Assembly (NCBI GenBank): GCA_977017575.1
Contig: CDRNVI010000140.1
Coordinates: forward strand, 62,001-126,000
Length of the DNA: 64,000 nt
Reading direction: 5' to 3'
Source: Paramoeba atlantica
Taxonomy: Eukaryota > Protista > Discosea
Made by a program: the position numbers and the translations under genes
In this document: in pieces, positions 45,644-58,500 of the stretch
How the letters are laid out: each line of letters starts with the position of its first letter
Position numbering within the stretch: position 1 is the stretch's first letter
Notes under the pieces: model-generated
Told to the model about the DNA's origin: nothing
Seen by the model: the letters and a program-made list of their open reading frames with translations, nothing else
Databases searched by the model: none

Positions 45644-47040
45644 ATTTCAGATGTGTTGAGTAGGCACTTTGTTGGATACAAAGACAACAAAGATGAAAAG
45701 AAAGATTACATAACAAATTGTTTTGAAAAAATAATTGACCTTGCACAAGATGAAATGTCAAAAAGCAGAGCAATGTTGAGACAAAAAGATATCTTTGAAA
45801 AAATAGAGGCAATTGATTCTTCACTAGACCAAACATTTGATCTCTCTAAGATCAGAACACTTTGGCAAAAAGGCAAAAAACTTTCTCAAGGGGAGGACAC
45901 CATAGATTGTCTTCTTGTTTTGCTTCCTTTCTTGGCTCAAGCCCAAAGATATGACAAGTTTTGCTCAAAAATCATCAACTATCTTTATGGGATACTCTCA
46001 AAATGCCAGGAATGTGAATGGTATTTTAAGAAAGATTGATGAATCAGCTCCAGCCAAGATCAGACCTCCTGCTGTATTACCTCAAGCACTTTGGGATGAT
46101 GTCCTAAAGGCCTATCATGACTCCCTTGTCTCTGGACATCAGAAGTATGAATGTTTCTATCAAGCAATTGCTGCTTCTTATTATTTTCCAGGTATGTCCC
46201 TTTATATTAAAAGCTATTGTCATCAATGCTTGAATTGTGCAATTAACTCAAAAGGAAAGACCTTGACATCTGAATTGAACCCATATATGGCTTCATATCC
46301 TAGAGTCACTGTTTACCTTGATTGTACAAAAGGCCCAAAGACTTCAGCCAGGGGAAATACTCATTTATTGGCAATTGTGGAATATATTGGCTGTATGTGA
46401 CCAGAGATGAATATGTGAGTAAACTTCAAACTGACTGAGATAGAGTCATTGAGTGGGTTCAAGCTGAACAATTGCAAGTTGTTGAAAGTCAATCTAAACT
46501 CTATAATCGAACTCATAAGTTAAGGATCACACAACTCAAAATTGATGACCATGTATTATTAAGAAAATTCAGAACAACTACAGATGAAGCTGATCTTGGA
46601 AAGAAATATTGAACCTTATTCCATTGAAAAGTGTATATGGTTGTGGAAGATTATGAGAATGGAAGTTATACATTACAAGATCAATCCTGAAAAGATCTTC
46701 CATTCAAAGCAAACATCTCAATTATCAAGAAACTCCAATTCCATCATGAGATTAACCTGGACCCTGGGTCAAACAAAATTGGTCTTGAAGACTCCTCTGA
46801 ACTGAAGAATGTCTCCTTTGACGATCATGAATATGATTTTGAGATTGAAAAAATCCTGAACCATGCTGTTCATAATGGAGAACTCTTTTACAAGATTCAA
46901 TTTAAAGGATTCTGAAAAACATCAGTTGAATGGTGCCAAGCAAGTGATGTTGATGCTAAGGAGCTCTTAGATGATTATCATCTGCATAACCCCATCAACT
47001 TTGATACACTTGGTGCTGATTGTGAAGAATCCTGAGTGGC
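45644..47040 (+). pseudogene. Gypsy B integrase (core largely deleted) and chromodomain
   Basis: HHCC region YHDSLVSGH...CHQCLNC, YLDC..GP; chromodomain at ~46830-46990 FEIEKILNH...FYKIQFKGF*KTSVEWC..DVDAKELLDDY. Confidence 0.85.
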
Positions 47041-47150
47041 TTCACCAACAAATGTTCCAACTGGTCAACCTGCTAATGAGTCTACTCCTTCTTTCCCTCC
47101 TTCATCTTTAGAAATATCTGAGGAGCTGAAGTTCTCATCACATGGGAGGA

Positions 47151-47341
47151 TGCAATGGAGAAATTGACAACTCCTTGATAAAGACATCTATGCCTTTTTG
47201 ATTTACTAAATAAAGGAGAATGAGTGCTGATGTGGAACCACCAAATTCTGAAATGGTCCAACATTCACTTTTCAAATTCTAAAATTGCACAACAACATTT
47301 TGATTGCTTTTATTATTCACTGTAAAATCTATCATTTTATA
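47151..47341 (+). repeat. Gypsy B 3' LTR
   Basis: Direct repeat of 32743-32933, preceded by GGGAGGA and followed by the TSD TTGC. Confidence 0.9.
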
Positions 47342-48278
47342 TTGCTAAGACAAACAAAATGATCCCCAAACCTCAGGCTATAAGGAAGGCTCCCCTCAAA
47401 GGTAAAAGAGAAGTGAAACAACCAAAGTTCAAGTACCCTGCCTTGCAAGTGTTTTATGATGGCTCTGGGCATGTAGATCCTCACATTGGGGGATCTGAAT
47501 ATGTGATTATTAAGGAAGGTTTGGAGGTTGGAGGTGGATTTGAAACAATCCCATTAGGCTCAAATAACTTGGGTGAATTTTCAGGTTGCTTAGCTGGTCT
47601 ACAACAAGTTATTGGTTTTGGGCAATGTGTAGAGATGGTGGGAGATTGTAAAATTCTAACTGAGGCAGCACCTAAGACAAAGCCAATCAATAATTTTGAG
47701 CTCAATGAGATCCTATCTGAGATCAGGAATATTGCAGGAGTAGGTAATGAAACTTTTGAATTTGGATTGGAGCTTCCCTGTGGAAAAAGTTCAGTTTAAG
47801 AGGAGGTTTAAGAACAAGGTGATTACAACTAATAATGTTTATTTCCCAGTACAAGTTGCACTGGATGGGTTGATGATTTCTCTTGTGTTCATTTCAGATG
47901 ATATTGTTAAGTGGTTTTTAGAAAGAGCTGCACCTGGTGAGATGTTAGAAAGTTTTGTTGAGAAAAAAAACCAAAAGTGGAGAGAGGAGTATGAACAAGC
48001 AAGGAACTGCTGGTTGAAGAGTGCAATGAGACCTTCCATTGTAAGGAAGATTATTAGGCCTATTAAAGTTGGTGAGAAGAAAAGAATTTTGAAAGTGATT
48101 CAAATGAGAAATAGAAAGAAACATTAGACCTTTTGGCCACTAAGTTGGCACTGAAGTGGGTTGATCCTACTTGAATATAACAATTTAATTTAAGTGTATC
48201 CTTGGGTGTCCAGATTACACTTCATTTTAATAAATGGCATCTCTGATGTCTAAATTTTAAAAAAAAAAAAAAAAAAAA

Positions 48279-50973
48279 TGATAAACAATGTAGAAGTTGT
48301 AATCCAACAGAAAATCCAACCAGTCCAAAATCATAAACTTTGTACTTGAATTCAAATACACAAGCACCTTATGATCCATCTCCACTCTAAACTTCCACCC
48401 AAAAACATATGAACAGAACTTCTTAATTGCAAAAATAATTGCTAAAAGTTCCTTCTTTGGTGCAGGATAATTTCATTGTTCCACTTGAAGAGTTTTCAAT
48501 GCAAATACAATATAATGTTTCTTGTCATTTGCATCAACTTGGTACAATACTGCACCAACTGCATATTGTGATGCATCAGTTGCAATTCAAAATTCTCAAT
48601 CCCAATCTGGCTGAGACAAAACTGGAGCATTCAAGATAACCTCTTTGAAAAAATCAAAAGACTTGTTTTGCTCCTCACCCCACACCTTACCAAGACACCT
48701 CATCTTTCACAACTTATCCAATGGAGCCACAATAGTCACATAATTTGGGACAAAATCCCTCAAAAAATTCAGAAAACCAAGAAGACTTTCAACTTGCTTT
48801 CCAGTCTGAGGTTTCACCATCTTCTGAGCCATTTTTTTCTTGAATGAATCAATCTCTTGAGTAAAACCATCAATCAAATGACCCATGAATTGAATCCTCT
48901 TCATGCAGAATTTTGATTTCTTCATCTTAATCTGAAATCCTGCTCTTGTCAACTTTTGGATGACTCTGTGAGCTTCATTAGAATGATTTTCCAGCTCTTT
49001 AGAAAAAACTAGAAAATTATCCAAATAACTTGCAGCTTCATCTGAAACACCAATAACTTGTTTTCCTTGAACTTGAAAATGCATAACTGCACCTTTCAGC
49101 CCAAATGGCATCCTCACATACACATACTGACTCTTATCAGGTGCCAGAAAACCCAACAATGGTTGACTCTTTTCTGACACCACAATATGATGATAAGCCT
49201 CTGTGAGATTGATTTCAGAAGAAGGGTTGGCACCCATAGTTTAGTTATACATTCAACTATGTCCAACCCTGGGGGGGGGCAAGTTTAAATCCCAGTTTTT
49301 CAATATTATAGAAAATTTTTCTGGTGCTGTAGAGTGATTTGATTGGAGTGAGGAGCTTTTGAAGAAGTGTGAAAATTGGAACAGGTTACATCTCAGCCCT
49401 GTCTGCTAAAAAGTTGAGGATAAATTCCCTTGGAAGGAGCTTTGGATTATTCTCCCTTTTAATGTGCATCCCCCAGCCTGAACTTGCAGAAGTTCTAAAG
49501 TTCAGCATAAAGACCAACTGAACTAAGCTGAAGTTTAAAACTTCACCTCTCGTTAGAGGTTAAAAACAAATATAATTTAATGTAATTCAAATGGCTTAGA
49601 TTAAGAACTACTAATTGAATAAAGTTTGTCTCAAAAAGAAAAAAAAAAAATTGATTTCAGTAAAATATTTCACACCCTGAACACATTTAAACAATTCTGC
49701 AGAAGCTGGCAAAATATTATTTGGATCCTTTGTTAAAGCATTTACCACTCTCAAATCCAAACAAACTCTAATATCATCAGGATCCACCTGACCACCAGAC
49801 TTCTTAGGGACTGCTAAAAGAGGGGAATTCCACAAGTTCTTCTTGTCCTTGTCCCACTTCTTAACAAATCCTTTTTTCACCCACTCATTCACTCACTCCA
49901 TAACCTTTCCTTTCAATTTCTCAGGGATTGGATACTGTGGCACAAACTTCAGAGTGTCTTCTTTTAAAGAAATTTTAAACTCAGAACCTGGGAGCACACA
50001 ATGAGAATTTTCCTATAATCTCTGGTTTTCCTTCAAAGCATCATTAATACTTTGAATAAACAACTTGACCAACTCATCATCCCATTGCTCCTCTTGACTC
50101 TGATCCTCATCATCATCCAACCACTGCTGATCATCAACTTGGACTTGACAAGCAATACTTGGGAAAACCACTTCAATTCCTTGAACAGTCACCCCCAACC
50201 ACTTTGCATCTTCATGAGGAATCAACAAACAATTACCAGTCAAGGCTGGATTTCTCCAAACCTTAACTACAGTTGCATAAAACAAAGTATATGCAGCAAC
50301 CATCTTAAAACAAGTAAGTGTTTGTACTGCAGCACCAATGCCACCAAATTGATGCTTCCCTTGACCTTCTTCACCTTCCAACTGATTCTATAATCTTGAA
50401 TCAGCCATTGTCACTGTAACTGCTGAATCATGAATAGTCCAAATATCCAGCAATTTCAAATCACCCCATGTAATTGGAACATACAATTTCATTGAATCTG
50501 GAGGTGGTGAAATTGGGCCAAAAGCATTCTCCTCACTCACACTGAGAGGTGAATTAACATCTCTCAAAAATTGTTTATACATCTTGTCTTCTTTCATTGA
50601 AGATGAAGCACTGGCATCAGCACTGGCTCCTTCCTCTGGTAGCAGAAAACAACCATCTTTGAGAGTTGAGCATTTAGAACAGTCTTTCTTCTTGTGACCA
50701 GGTTGCAAACATTTGATACACAAATTTTTCCCTTTGATCTCTTTCCAAGAAATTTTTTTCTCCTTCACACTCTTGTTCCCATTCTCATTTGAAGATGGAT
50801 TTACAACTGATTAAACTTGATGCACATGAGGAAAAGACCAAAAAAAAGTTAAGTCCTCTATGGAATAGTATGGAAATAGAGACAAGAACAGAGAACAAGA
50901 ACAAAGAACAAAGAAAGAACAAGCTTGGTTCAATGTCTTTTATCAAATGCATTCCAAAAGCCAAAAAGAACAA
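48279..50973 (-). mobile_element. Ty3/gypsy element C remnant (Gag knuckle, protease, RT, RNase H)
   Basis: CIKCLQPGHKKKDC; HDSAVT; WNSPLLAVPKK, VCLDLRVVN, MPFGLKGA, YLDNFLVFS; RNase H APVLSQPDW and KFRVEMDHKVL; LTRs not found. Confidence 0.85.
49224..49649 (+). mobile_element. SINE family B inserted in gypsy C RT
   Basis: Full-length match to the 13272 copy; imperfect TSD ATTGATTTCAG(A/T)A(G/A)AA; removal restores KYF(T/S)EINLTEAY. Confidence 0.9.
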
Positions 50974-51154
50974 AAGAAAGTTTACACTCTTTTACCCACA
51001 AATGGATTCAAAAAACAAAACCTCTTTTGTACAAAAAAGAGCAACAAATAATTTACAATTATTCACAATCAGAAAACACACACAAAACAGTTCAGTGTTT
51101 CTGCTCACCAACAAAATGACAAAGTCAACAAAACCAACTATAACAACCCAACAC

Positions 51155-51439
51155 TAACTCAAAGCTACTAATTTTTTAAGATTAAAGATAATGAGGATAG
51201 AATTTCACCTCTTTAGGTTCAAATGGTTCAAAGACCTTTAATTCACTTAAACTCCTTTTTAGGGAATTTATTTTCTGCTTTTTAGCAGATAGGGCAAAGG
51301 ATAACCTGTTCCATTTTTCACATTCAAGTGAGCAGAAAGAGAAAATAATGTTTTTAATATTTTCCTCTTTAGGATTTGAACCTGCAACCCTGAATTGAAG
51401 CAATAGTTGTTTTATCAACTAAGCCATCATGCTACAATT
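51155..51439 (-). mobile_element. SINE family A (tail truncated)
   Basis: Reverse complement of the SINE A head and body. Confidence 0.85.
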
Positions 51440-51587
51440 AGTGGTGTTATATTCTTTAATGAGTTTTTGTTTTAGTTTATATCTAAAATTTTCAAACTTT
51501 TTTTGAATTTTTTACATTTTATTTCCTTCACCAAAGAGATAATATTTTTACTTTTTTTTGATTTTTTGGTTTTTTGAATTGACTGTT

Positions 51588-51647
51588 GGTTGATTTTGTG
51601 GAGGTTGATTCTGTGGAGGTTGATTTTATAAAGGTTGATTCTGTAGA
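51588..51647. repeat. Four tandem 15-bp units GGTTGATTYTRTRRA
   Basis: Units start at 51588, 51603, 51618 and 51633. Confidence 0.85.
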
Positions 51648-52129
51648 AGACCACCTTCTACAAAAACATTTCACTTTAGGTTCTTTTTTCAATTTCTTTT
51701 TTGTTTTGAAATGAGTTTTTCAAGGAGAGTATGAATGAAAAGTGAGAATGATGATTGAAAAAAGCTCATTCACAAGGAGCAAAAAAACAAAAAACCTTTC
51801 ACCCATGAACAACTGAAAGCAAAGTTCCCCAACACAACTGCTGGGTCACTTTGAGCCAAACATTGTGTTATGTGGAACAAGATAAAGAATGAGGAAAATA
51901 TTGATTTATCTTTGTATGTAATTGAAGCAAAAGCAGCAAATTTCTTTAATTTTTCTTTTCTTTTTTCCTTCTTTTTTATTCAACACTTCTCTAATTTAAT
52001 TTTAAATAGGAAAAAAAAGAAAATTGTTAGAATCAGTAACAAAAACAATTAAGACACTTTCTTAACTTTGTGAGAAAGTAGCAAAAAAACCAAAAGTGGA
52101 CTACAACTCAAAAAGTGATGAGGAGAGTG

Positions 52130-53130
52130 AGTGTGATGCAGAGAGTGAGCATGACAATGGCCCCTTCCTCAACAGCTACAATCATTCTCCAAAACTTCTT
52201 CCAAGAGTGCTTTAGTGACTGGAACAGAAGCATTAAAGATGGGTTCTTCCTAGAACTAAGAGTTTTGAAAAAGATCCAAACATTTGATCAAGAGAGAATT
52301 TCATATGTCCTATCATTAACTAATTTAAATTAACTTTATCAAATAACCCTGATAAAACCATTACAACTGCTGCTCCACAAAGTAAATACAATTTGTAATT
52401 GTTTTTATCAGCTTGAGCCCATGTGGAATTCTCTTCCAATACTTCTTGTTTTTCCTCTTACACTTCCTTTTATCTTCATTTTGGAAGACATTCAATTATG
52501 CCAATTGATGTTTATTATGGTTCAATCAACAAACCCATCATGTTGATTGATGATTATGTTAAAACCCTCCAAACCAGCAAGAGAAAGTAATCAAATAGGT
52601 TAGAAGAGAAAGAGAAAAGGTTGCTCTTGCTCAAAAAGATCAGCATGACAAGAAACACAAAAATACAATGGGTAAACTTTATGTTGGTGATCAAGTCCTT
52701 AGAAGGAATCAAACCACTACTGATAAAATCAGAAAGAGTTACAGAACTGCTTATTTACAAAGACATTTATGTTGTCCTTGAAGATTGTGAAAATGGAAAT
52801 TACAAGATTCAGGATCAGAAGAAAGAGAAACCTCCATAGCCTTGTTCTTCCCTCATACGTTCCTCAAGTTGTGAAGAACTGGACATTGTGATTAGTTGAT
52901 CTCGAGTGTTGAAGTCAATCTCATGTCAGCTTTTCAAATTCTTGATGTTGTGAATCTCTGGAGGTTAACACTGAATGGTGCCTCAAAAGTCTGGATGATG
53001 CCCCTGATCTCCTTTCTGAATATCACAAACTTCCCTCGTCCTTGTCATCCTCAATCTCATCCTCCTCAAGTGATTCGACCTTGGAAACTACTCCTTCTGA
53101 ATCAAAGGCTAGTTTCTCTTCGTGAGGGAA
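52130..53130 (+). mobile_element. Ty3/gypsy element D remnant: integrase C-terminus and partial chromodomain
   Basis: YTSFYLHFGRHSIMPIDVYYG, YVGDQVLRRN; FQILDVVN...EVNTEWCLKSLDDAPDLLSEYHK resembles the gypsy B chromodomain; possible PPT GAGGGAAAA at ~53123. Confidence 0.6.
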
Positions 53131-53887
53131 AATGCACAGAGGCAGCAAGCGTTACTCTTCTGATATCTGGGTTGCTCTCATATGTGTTTGATCATTCCCC
53201 AAAGTTGACCTCTGGTCCTTCTTCCCAATCTCTCTCTCTCTCTTTCGATGTTGGATCGTCTGCAAAGCCGATCCAGTCGTTCTTCTCGATGACAAAAAAA
53301 GACAAAGAGCACATATTTAGCACGTCCTGCAATTTCGCATGACCGCCGTTCACTCGATTATTATTCACCCACACGTCCTTCTCTTCTTGTTAGCGCCCAA
53401 GTAAGACGTGTGCACCTCCTCTTCCCAGCATTTCTGCCAAAATGGAGTTATCATTCGGGTTTCGAAAAAGTGCTATTGTGATTTGAAAGGAATTTATTAA
53501 CAAAACACCAAAAAAATCTTTGTTTAGCTCGACTAGTGAGTTAACAGCAATCAAAGGTGAATGAAAAGAAATTATCATGAAAAGAATGGACAATGTCAAC
53601 GAAAAAGAATCGATAATGAATTAATTTAAAAAAAGAACAAAACTGACCAAGAAAAACAATTCCTGTGGAACAAGGCAGATGTTATGATCACTTTCAGTCG
53701 CGTTTGGAAAAGTTTTTGGCGTTCAAAGCGGATGAAGGAGAGTTCCTGTTGGGAAACAAAAAAAAAACCAAACAAAAAGAAAGACAACGATTTTTTCGGA
53801 AGAGAACTTTGCACTGTATTTTAGTGAGGGTGTCGGAACCTCTTTTTTTTTCGTTTTGGGTTTGTTTCTGAAAACGGGCCAGGAAAA

Positions 53888-55166
53888 ATGTGCGACCAAT
53901 ATTCTCGAGCTCTTCTTAGAGCAGCTGTGAGTGAAATTCTTCGAAAAGAAGGATTTTCTCATGCACAGTTATCTTCTTTGCAAACACTGACTGATGCCAT
54001 CGAACACTTCTATTCAAAGGTGTGATTTTAAAAACTTTTTTCCTTTTTTTTGTATTTTGTTTGATGGCTTTTTAGATTGCAGCTGGGGCACTTTCCCTTT
54101 CTCGACAACACTTCAAGGAGACCCAAGAAGTATTATTAGTTGATGTCATTGAAGCTTTGAGAGAACTCGCCTTCACTCAGCGGGATCTCAAGGAATATCG
54201 GGTTGACTTAGATGATGATGCTCAGCCATTCCCAATTTGTTTTCCCAAATTCCCGATCAAAAGAGAAAGAGAAAATGAAACCTCTAATATATCTTCTCAC
54301 AAAGGAGGGGCATCCTCATCATTTCAAACAACGACGCATTATTCAACAACAACAAGAACTTCACCAATGCCACCAACCCCTCTCGCAACAACTACCACCA
54401 CCCCTTTTGGGTCCGAAATTTCATCTTATGGGATATCACAAGCCCCAAATGGACCACCTCGTCTCCCAGTCTCATCACAACAACCAATTTCTCATCCGCA
54501 ACAACCTCCAAGAAAGCAACCTCGAATCTCATACATAACAACACCAAATAACCCCCATATCCCTCCTTGGTTGCCATCCTTTCCTCATCACCGAACATAT
54601 AAAACAACAGATGTAATTGATGTTCCCACTCCTTCTGAGACTAACTCAAAAGCTCTTCATGCAAAAAGAAAACGTCAGGCTGAATCTGGTTTGTTTTTTT
54701 CTTCTGCATGACTCAGATTTACTGATTTATTTTTTCAAACCTTTTTTCTGAGTAATTATCCTTTTTTTCCAAAGCATTAGCGAAAGTTCAACCACAATGT
54801 ATCGCAAACTATGACCTTATTCGATCAATGGGGACTTATGTGCCAAATTCAGAAACTCTTGATGCTACTACATCAGTTTCTTCTCTTGTTCCCGCAAACA
54901 CACAAAATCCATATCTTCGACCGACAAAAACTTCAGCACAATATTTTTCAGGAGAAGGGCAACCTTCACAGACCTCCATAGAAAAGAAAGATTTGATTCC
55001 TTTTTTAAAGTATGGAGAGGATCCTGTTACAGCTCTCGAACGGATTGAACAATTAAAACCGGTGAATCTTCGGGAAACTGTGGAGGTAAAATTAAACTTT
55101 GTGTATGAGTTTGAAATTTCATCTCACAAAAAAAAAAATAGGATTCTGGTCGGGTCAAAAAGGTGA
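53888..55166 (+). CDS. TAF8: TFIID subunit 8 (bromodomain-associated histone fold + TAF8 C-terminal motif), intron-containing
   Basis: Exon 1 53888-54019 MCDQYSRALLRAAVSEILRKEGFSHAQLSSLQTLTDAI; GT-AG intron 54020-54075; exon 2 contains HIPPWLPSFPHHRTYKTT (TAF8-C); the 3' exon structure and end are approximate. Confidence 0.8.
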
Positions 55167-55523
55167 TCAAAACAAATACAATCTTGACAAACTCAAAAGT
55201 TCTGAAAAAGAAAGACAAGTAAAATAAAAGAAACAAAATCACAAAAAAAATAACAAAGGAATCCCACAGAGAGATAACTTGTAAGAGGATTTTTTTTTAG
55301 TTGGTCAACTTCTTCCCCTTTTCAGGAGGGAGAACAAAGATCGAAAAAAAGAAGAAGGATAATCCAAACCAAAAAATCAAACTCCTTTTCCGAACACCAA
55401 CCGGCGTGTGCTTTCTTGCAAGATTCCAAGAAGAAGGGAAATGAGAAGAGGGAAGACCGCTTTTTTTTTTTTTGGAAAGGGGTTTTTTTTTGTGTGTTCT
55501 TTGGTTTTGTTTTGGGGGTCCGA

Positions 55524-58500
55524 ATGGCCTCCAAAACAAGGGTCACCGTTTGTTTGGATGGAGATGCTGAAAACCAAAAATGCATGCTTGTTCCACAAGT
55601 TGAATGGGGTGTTTTCTTGGCTTCCATTCAGAAAAAATTTTGTTTGGATGAAATTCCACTTACGGTAAAAATAGGAACTGTTGTTCCAGAATCTCAAACC
55701 CAAAGAAAAGTTTTTAATAATCTCTTGAAAAAACAGGTGAGAAATGAAAAAGGTGGCGAGATTGATGATGTTGATTTAATTCGTGATGACGAGACCCTTT
55801 TCGCCTTCTCGGAGAGAGAAAAATTCAGAAACAGCATTTCTGACAAAAAACGATCACCAAGAAAACTTCCTCGCTTTTCCGATCGGAAAAGAGCAAAAAG
55901 GTCCTCTTTGTGAAATCTACCTTACAATTCGAGATACTGACCAGGTTATCCTCCAATAGCTCATCTGACCTCAAAGTGCAACTCCTCCGTCCAAAAGACC
56001 CCAAGCCCAAGGCTGCGTCTTCCCCAACCACAGATCGAAAGAAAGGTCAAAAGAGAGAATTTAAAAAAAGAAAGACGAAAAGAAAAACGGTTGCTGTTGA
56101 TGGGCAAGACGGAGACCAAGAACAAGGAAATGGAAGAAGAAGGGGGGAGAGTTTTGATGGTATATTGAAAGAAGAGAAGAAAAAAGGGAAAAAAGAGACT
56201 CTCTCTAGTAGAACCAGAGAGAAAAAAAAAGAAAGAGGGAACAGTGATACACAAGAAACTCCACTCAAAAAAGGATTGAAACCAAGAGGCAAAAAAAGAA
56301 AAACCCTAGTTGAAGAGAACAAAAGTAGTCCATACAACCAAAATCTGTCTTTGCAGACAACAAGTGAAGCATTCTTTCCTTTCCAATCTCAAGAAGAAGA
56401 ACCATCGGATTTTTTTCAAAGTGTTCATTTATCAGAGGTTTTTTTTGTCTCTTTCTTCACAAATAAGAGAATTTGAAGCTGAATGTAATTTCTAATATTT
56501 TTTAGCCTTGGATTCGATCAGGAGAGAAAGATTTTGATATTAATGAAATTGATGCGGAAAGAGTGGCCATTAGTGAGAGGCCAAACAAAGATTCACTCGA
56601 CATTCTCTCCTCCGTTGCCCGACTTGAACGACTCCTCTCTTTGATGAAGAAATGTTTTTTTTATTTTTCCATTTTTTTTTTCTTTCTTGAAGTTTTGTAA
56701 AACCAAAGGAAAATAGATTTGGATCAAGAGAATTCAAATGAAGCACTCACTGCAAAAGTGGTGGATTTGGTGACTGTTGTTCTTCTTGAAAAAAAAGAAC
56801 TTGAACTTCGATTGGATCCCACAGAAGTTACGACAACGAAAAAAAAGACCTCCCCGGATCCAACATATCAACCTATTGAGACTCCAAAACAGAAGGATTT
56901 GCGCAACAGGGTATGTTTTTCCATCTTTTCTCATTTTATTTTTTTCTTTTTTTCAGTCAGTTCAATTGATCATTTTCTCTCTCCCCATTCTCTTCATCTG
57001 CCGATCTAGGTGTGGATATCTGGATCGTTTTATTGTGATTACGAGAGCCAAATTGAATCATTTATTAAATTAAAGAAGCCCGATTATGAACACCGCCAAA
57101 GTTTAATTCAGGTCTTTTCTTTTGGCTCAATCCTTGTTTTTTCGAGAGTTTGATGCTTATCAAAATGAGCACACTAGGAGCTGGCAGGCATGTATCTTTC
57201 AGATGAAATTGGAGATGATCTCACTACCTTAACTGTCATGCGTTCATTGGCTTCTCTTGACAGTATTGATGATTCTTTCACGACAGTTGTGTGTGGGAGT
57301 AATACAATTGCTGTGAAGGTTTTTTCTTTTTTTTTCGTTGATATTTTTGGTCTTTTGATTGATTCATTCCATTTTTTTAGACTGAGACAGGGAAGTTAAT
57401 GATGATGGGAGGAAGGAAACTGAAGAATTCCTGTCTTAATAGGTCAGCCTTCCATCACAATCCTAATGTGGTTCCAGCTCCTGTAGAGGTTTTGTTTTGG
57501 CTCACTTGCCTCTTTTATCCTGAACTACACCACCCTAAAATTACCAATAGGGAGATTTCAAAAATGTTCTCCTTTTTGAGAGTGGAACATCCCATACACT
57601 TCTCTCAGACAACAAAAACCATCTTTTTTCTTTTGGGTACAATATTGATCTTACAACAAGGGTTCAAGATTCTCAATTCCAATCAAAAACACTAATTACT
57701 GGGCAACTTGGTACTTTTTTCTCTGGTATTTTCTGAATGATTTTTACTTCTCCCCTAAAAATGATTTCTAGGTCACTCCCTTGGTTCAGCTGATTCTGAG
57801 ATCGATATTGTTGAGGTTGCTTCCCCACACCAATCTTTTTGCAAAAATTCATTCTCGTCGTCAAGAGTTTCTCATCTCGTATGAATAGGCACTCCCTTCT
57901 GGGATTGTTTTCAAAAGCTTAGCATGTGGTGGGGCACATAGTTGTGTGCTGGTTGAACAGCCGGAACTTGGTTCTTCCTCTCCTGTGTATTCTTGGGGAT
58001 CTAATGAACAAGTTAGTGATCGATTCAATTGAATAACCACACACACATATCTGTTTGGCACTCTTAACGTTTTTTTTTAGGGTCAGTTGGGACATGATGG
58101 TCAATCAACGAAATCTGTGTGGTTGCCACGATGTGTCTCTGCTCTCGAAACAGTGGATGTTGTCCAAATTGTGTGTGGAGGAGAACACACACTAGCCCTG
58201 AGTCGATCAGGGTCGATTTATGGTTGGGGGTGCAACAAATTCGGACAATCTGGCCATAGCCAGGGCCCATCAAGCTCTCACCCAATTTTAGTTGCTGATT
58301 TGGAAGATAAGAATGCCACTCAAATTGCTGCAGGGGCCCAATTTTCTGGGGCGTTAACAAGAGGTCTAGACCTTGTTGAAAAAAAGATCAATTTTTTTGA
58401 GAAATTAATTTTTATTTTTTTTTGATAGATGGGCGTGTACATACTTGGGGAAGTAACATACATGGTGAATTGGGAAGAGCAACAAAAAATTTTTCATTTA

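Larger units (their letters stand above)
32743..47341 (+). mobile_element. Ty3/gypsy chromovirus B, both LTRs present, with three nested insertions
   Basis: 191-bp LTRs at 32743-32933 and 47151-47341, 4-bp TSD TTGC, PPT GGGAGGA. Order gag (CCHC) - protease - RT - RNase H - integrase - chromodomain. Confidence 0.9.
32100..48278 (+). mobile_element. LINE subfamily 2 (3' part: zf-RVT 32100-32742; RNase H and poly(A) 47346-48278), split by gypsy B
   Basis: GLPTVDKI...CQLCKKAKESRVHLLEEC on the left; FYDGSG...GSNNLGEF...MVGDC on the right; frame rejoins as FDEIA/KTNKMIPKP; poly(A) at 48259-48278. Confidence 0.82.

Noticed and set aside
48279-50973. DIRS/tyrosine-recombinase retroelement
   Set aside because: It has an aspartic-protease-like DSA motif and gypsy-type RT/RNase H; no tyrosine recombinase or inverted termini were seen.
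53390-53962. Short ORFs upstream of TAF8 as genes
   Set aside because: No recognisable motifs, and the sequence is A/T-tract-rich and promoter/UTR-like.
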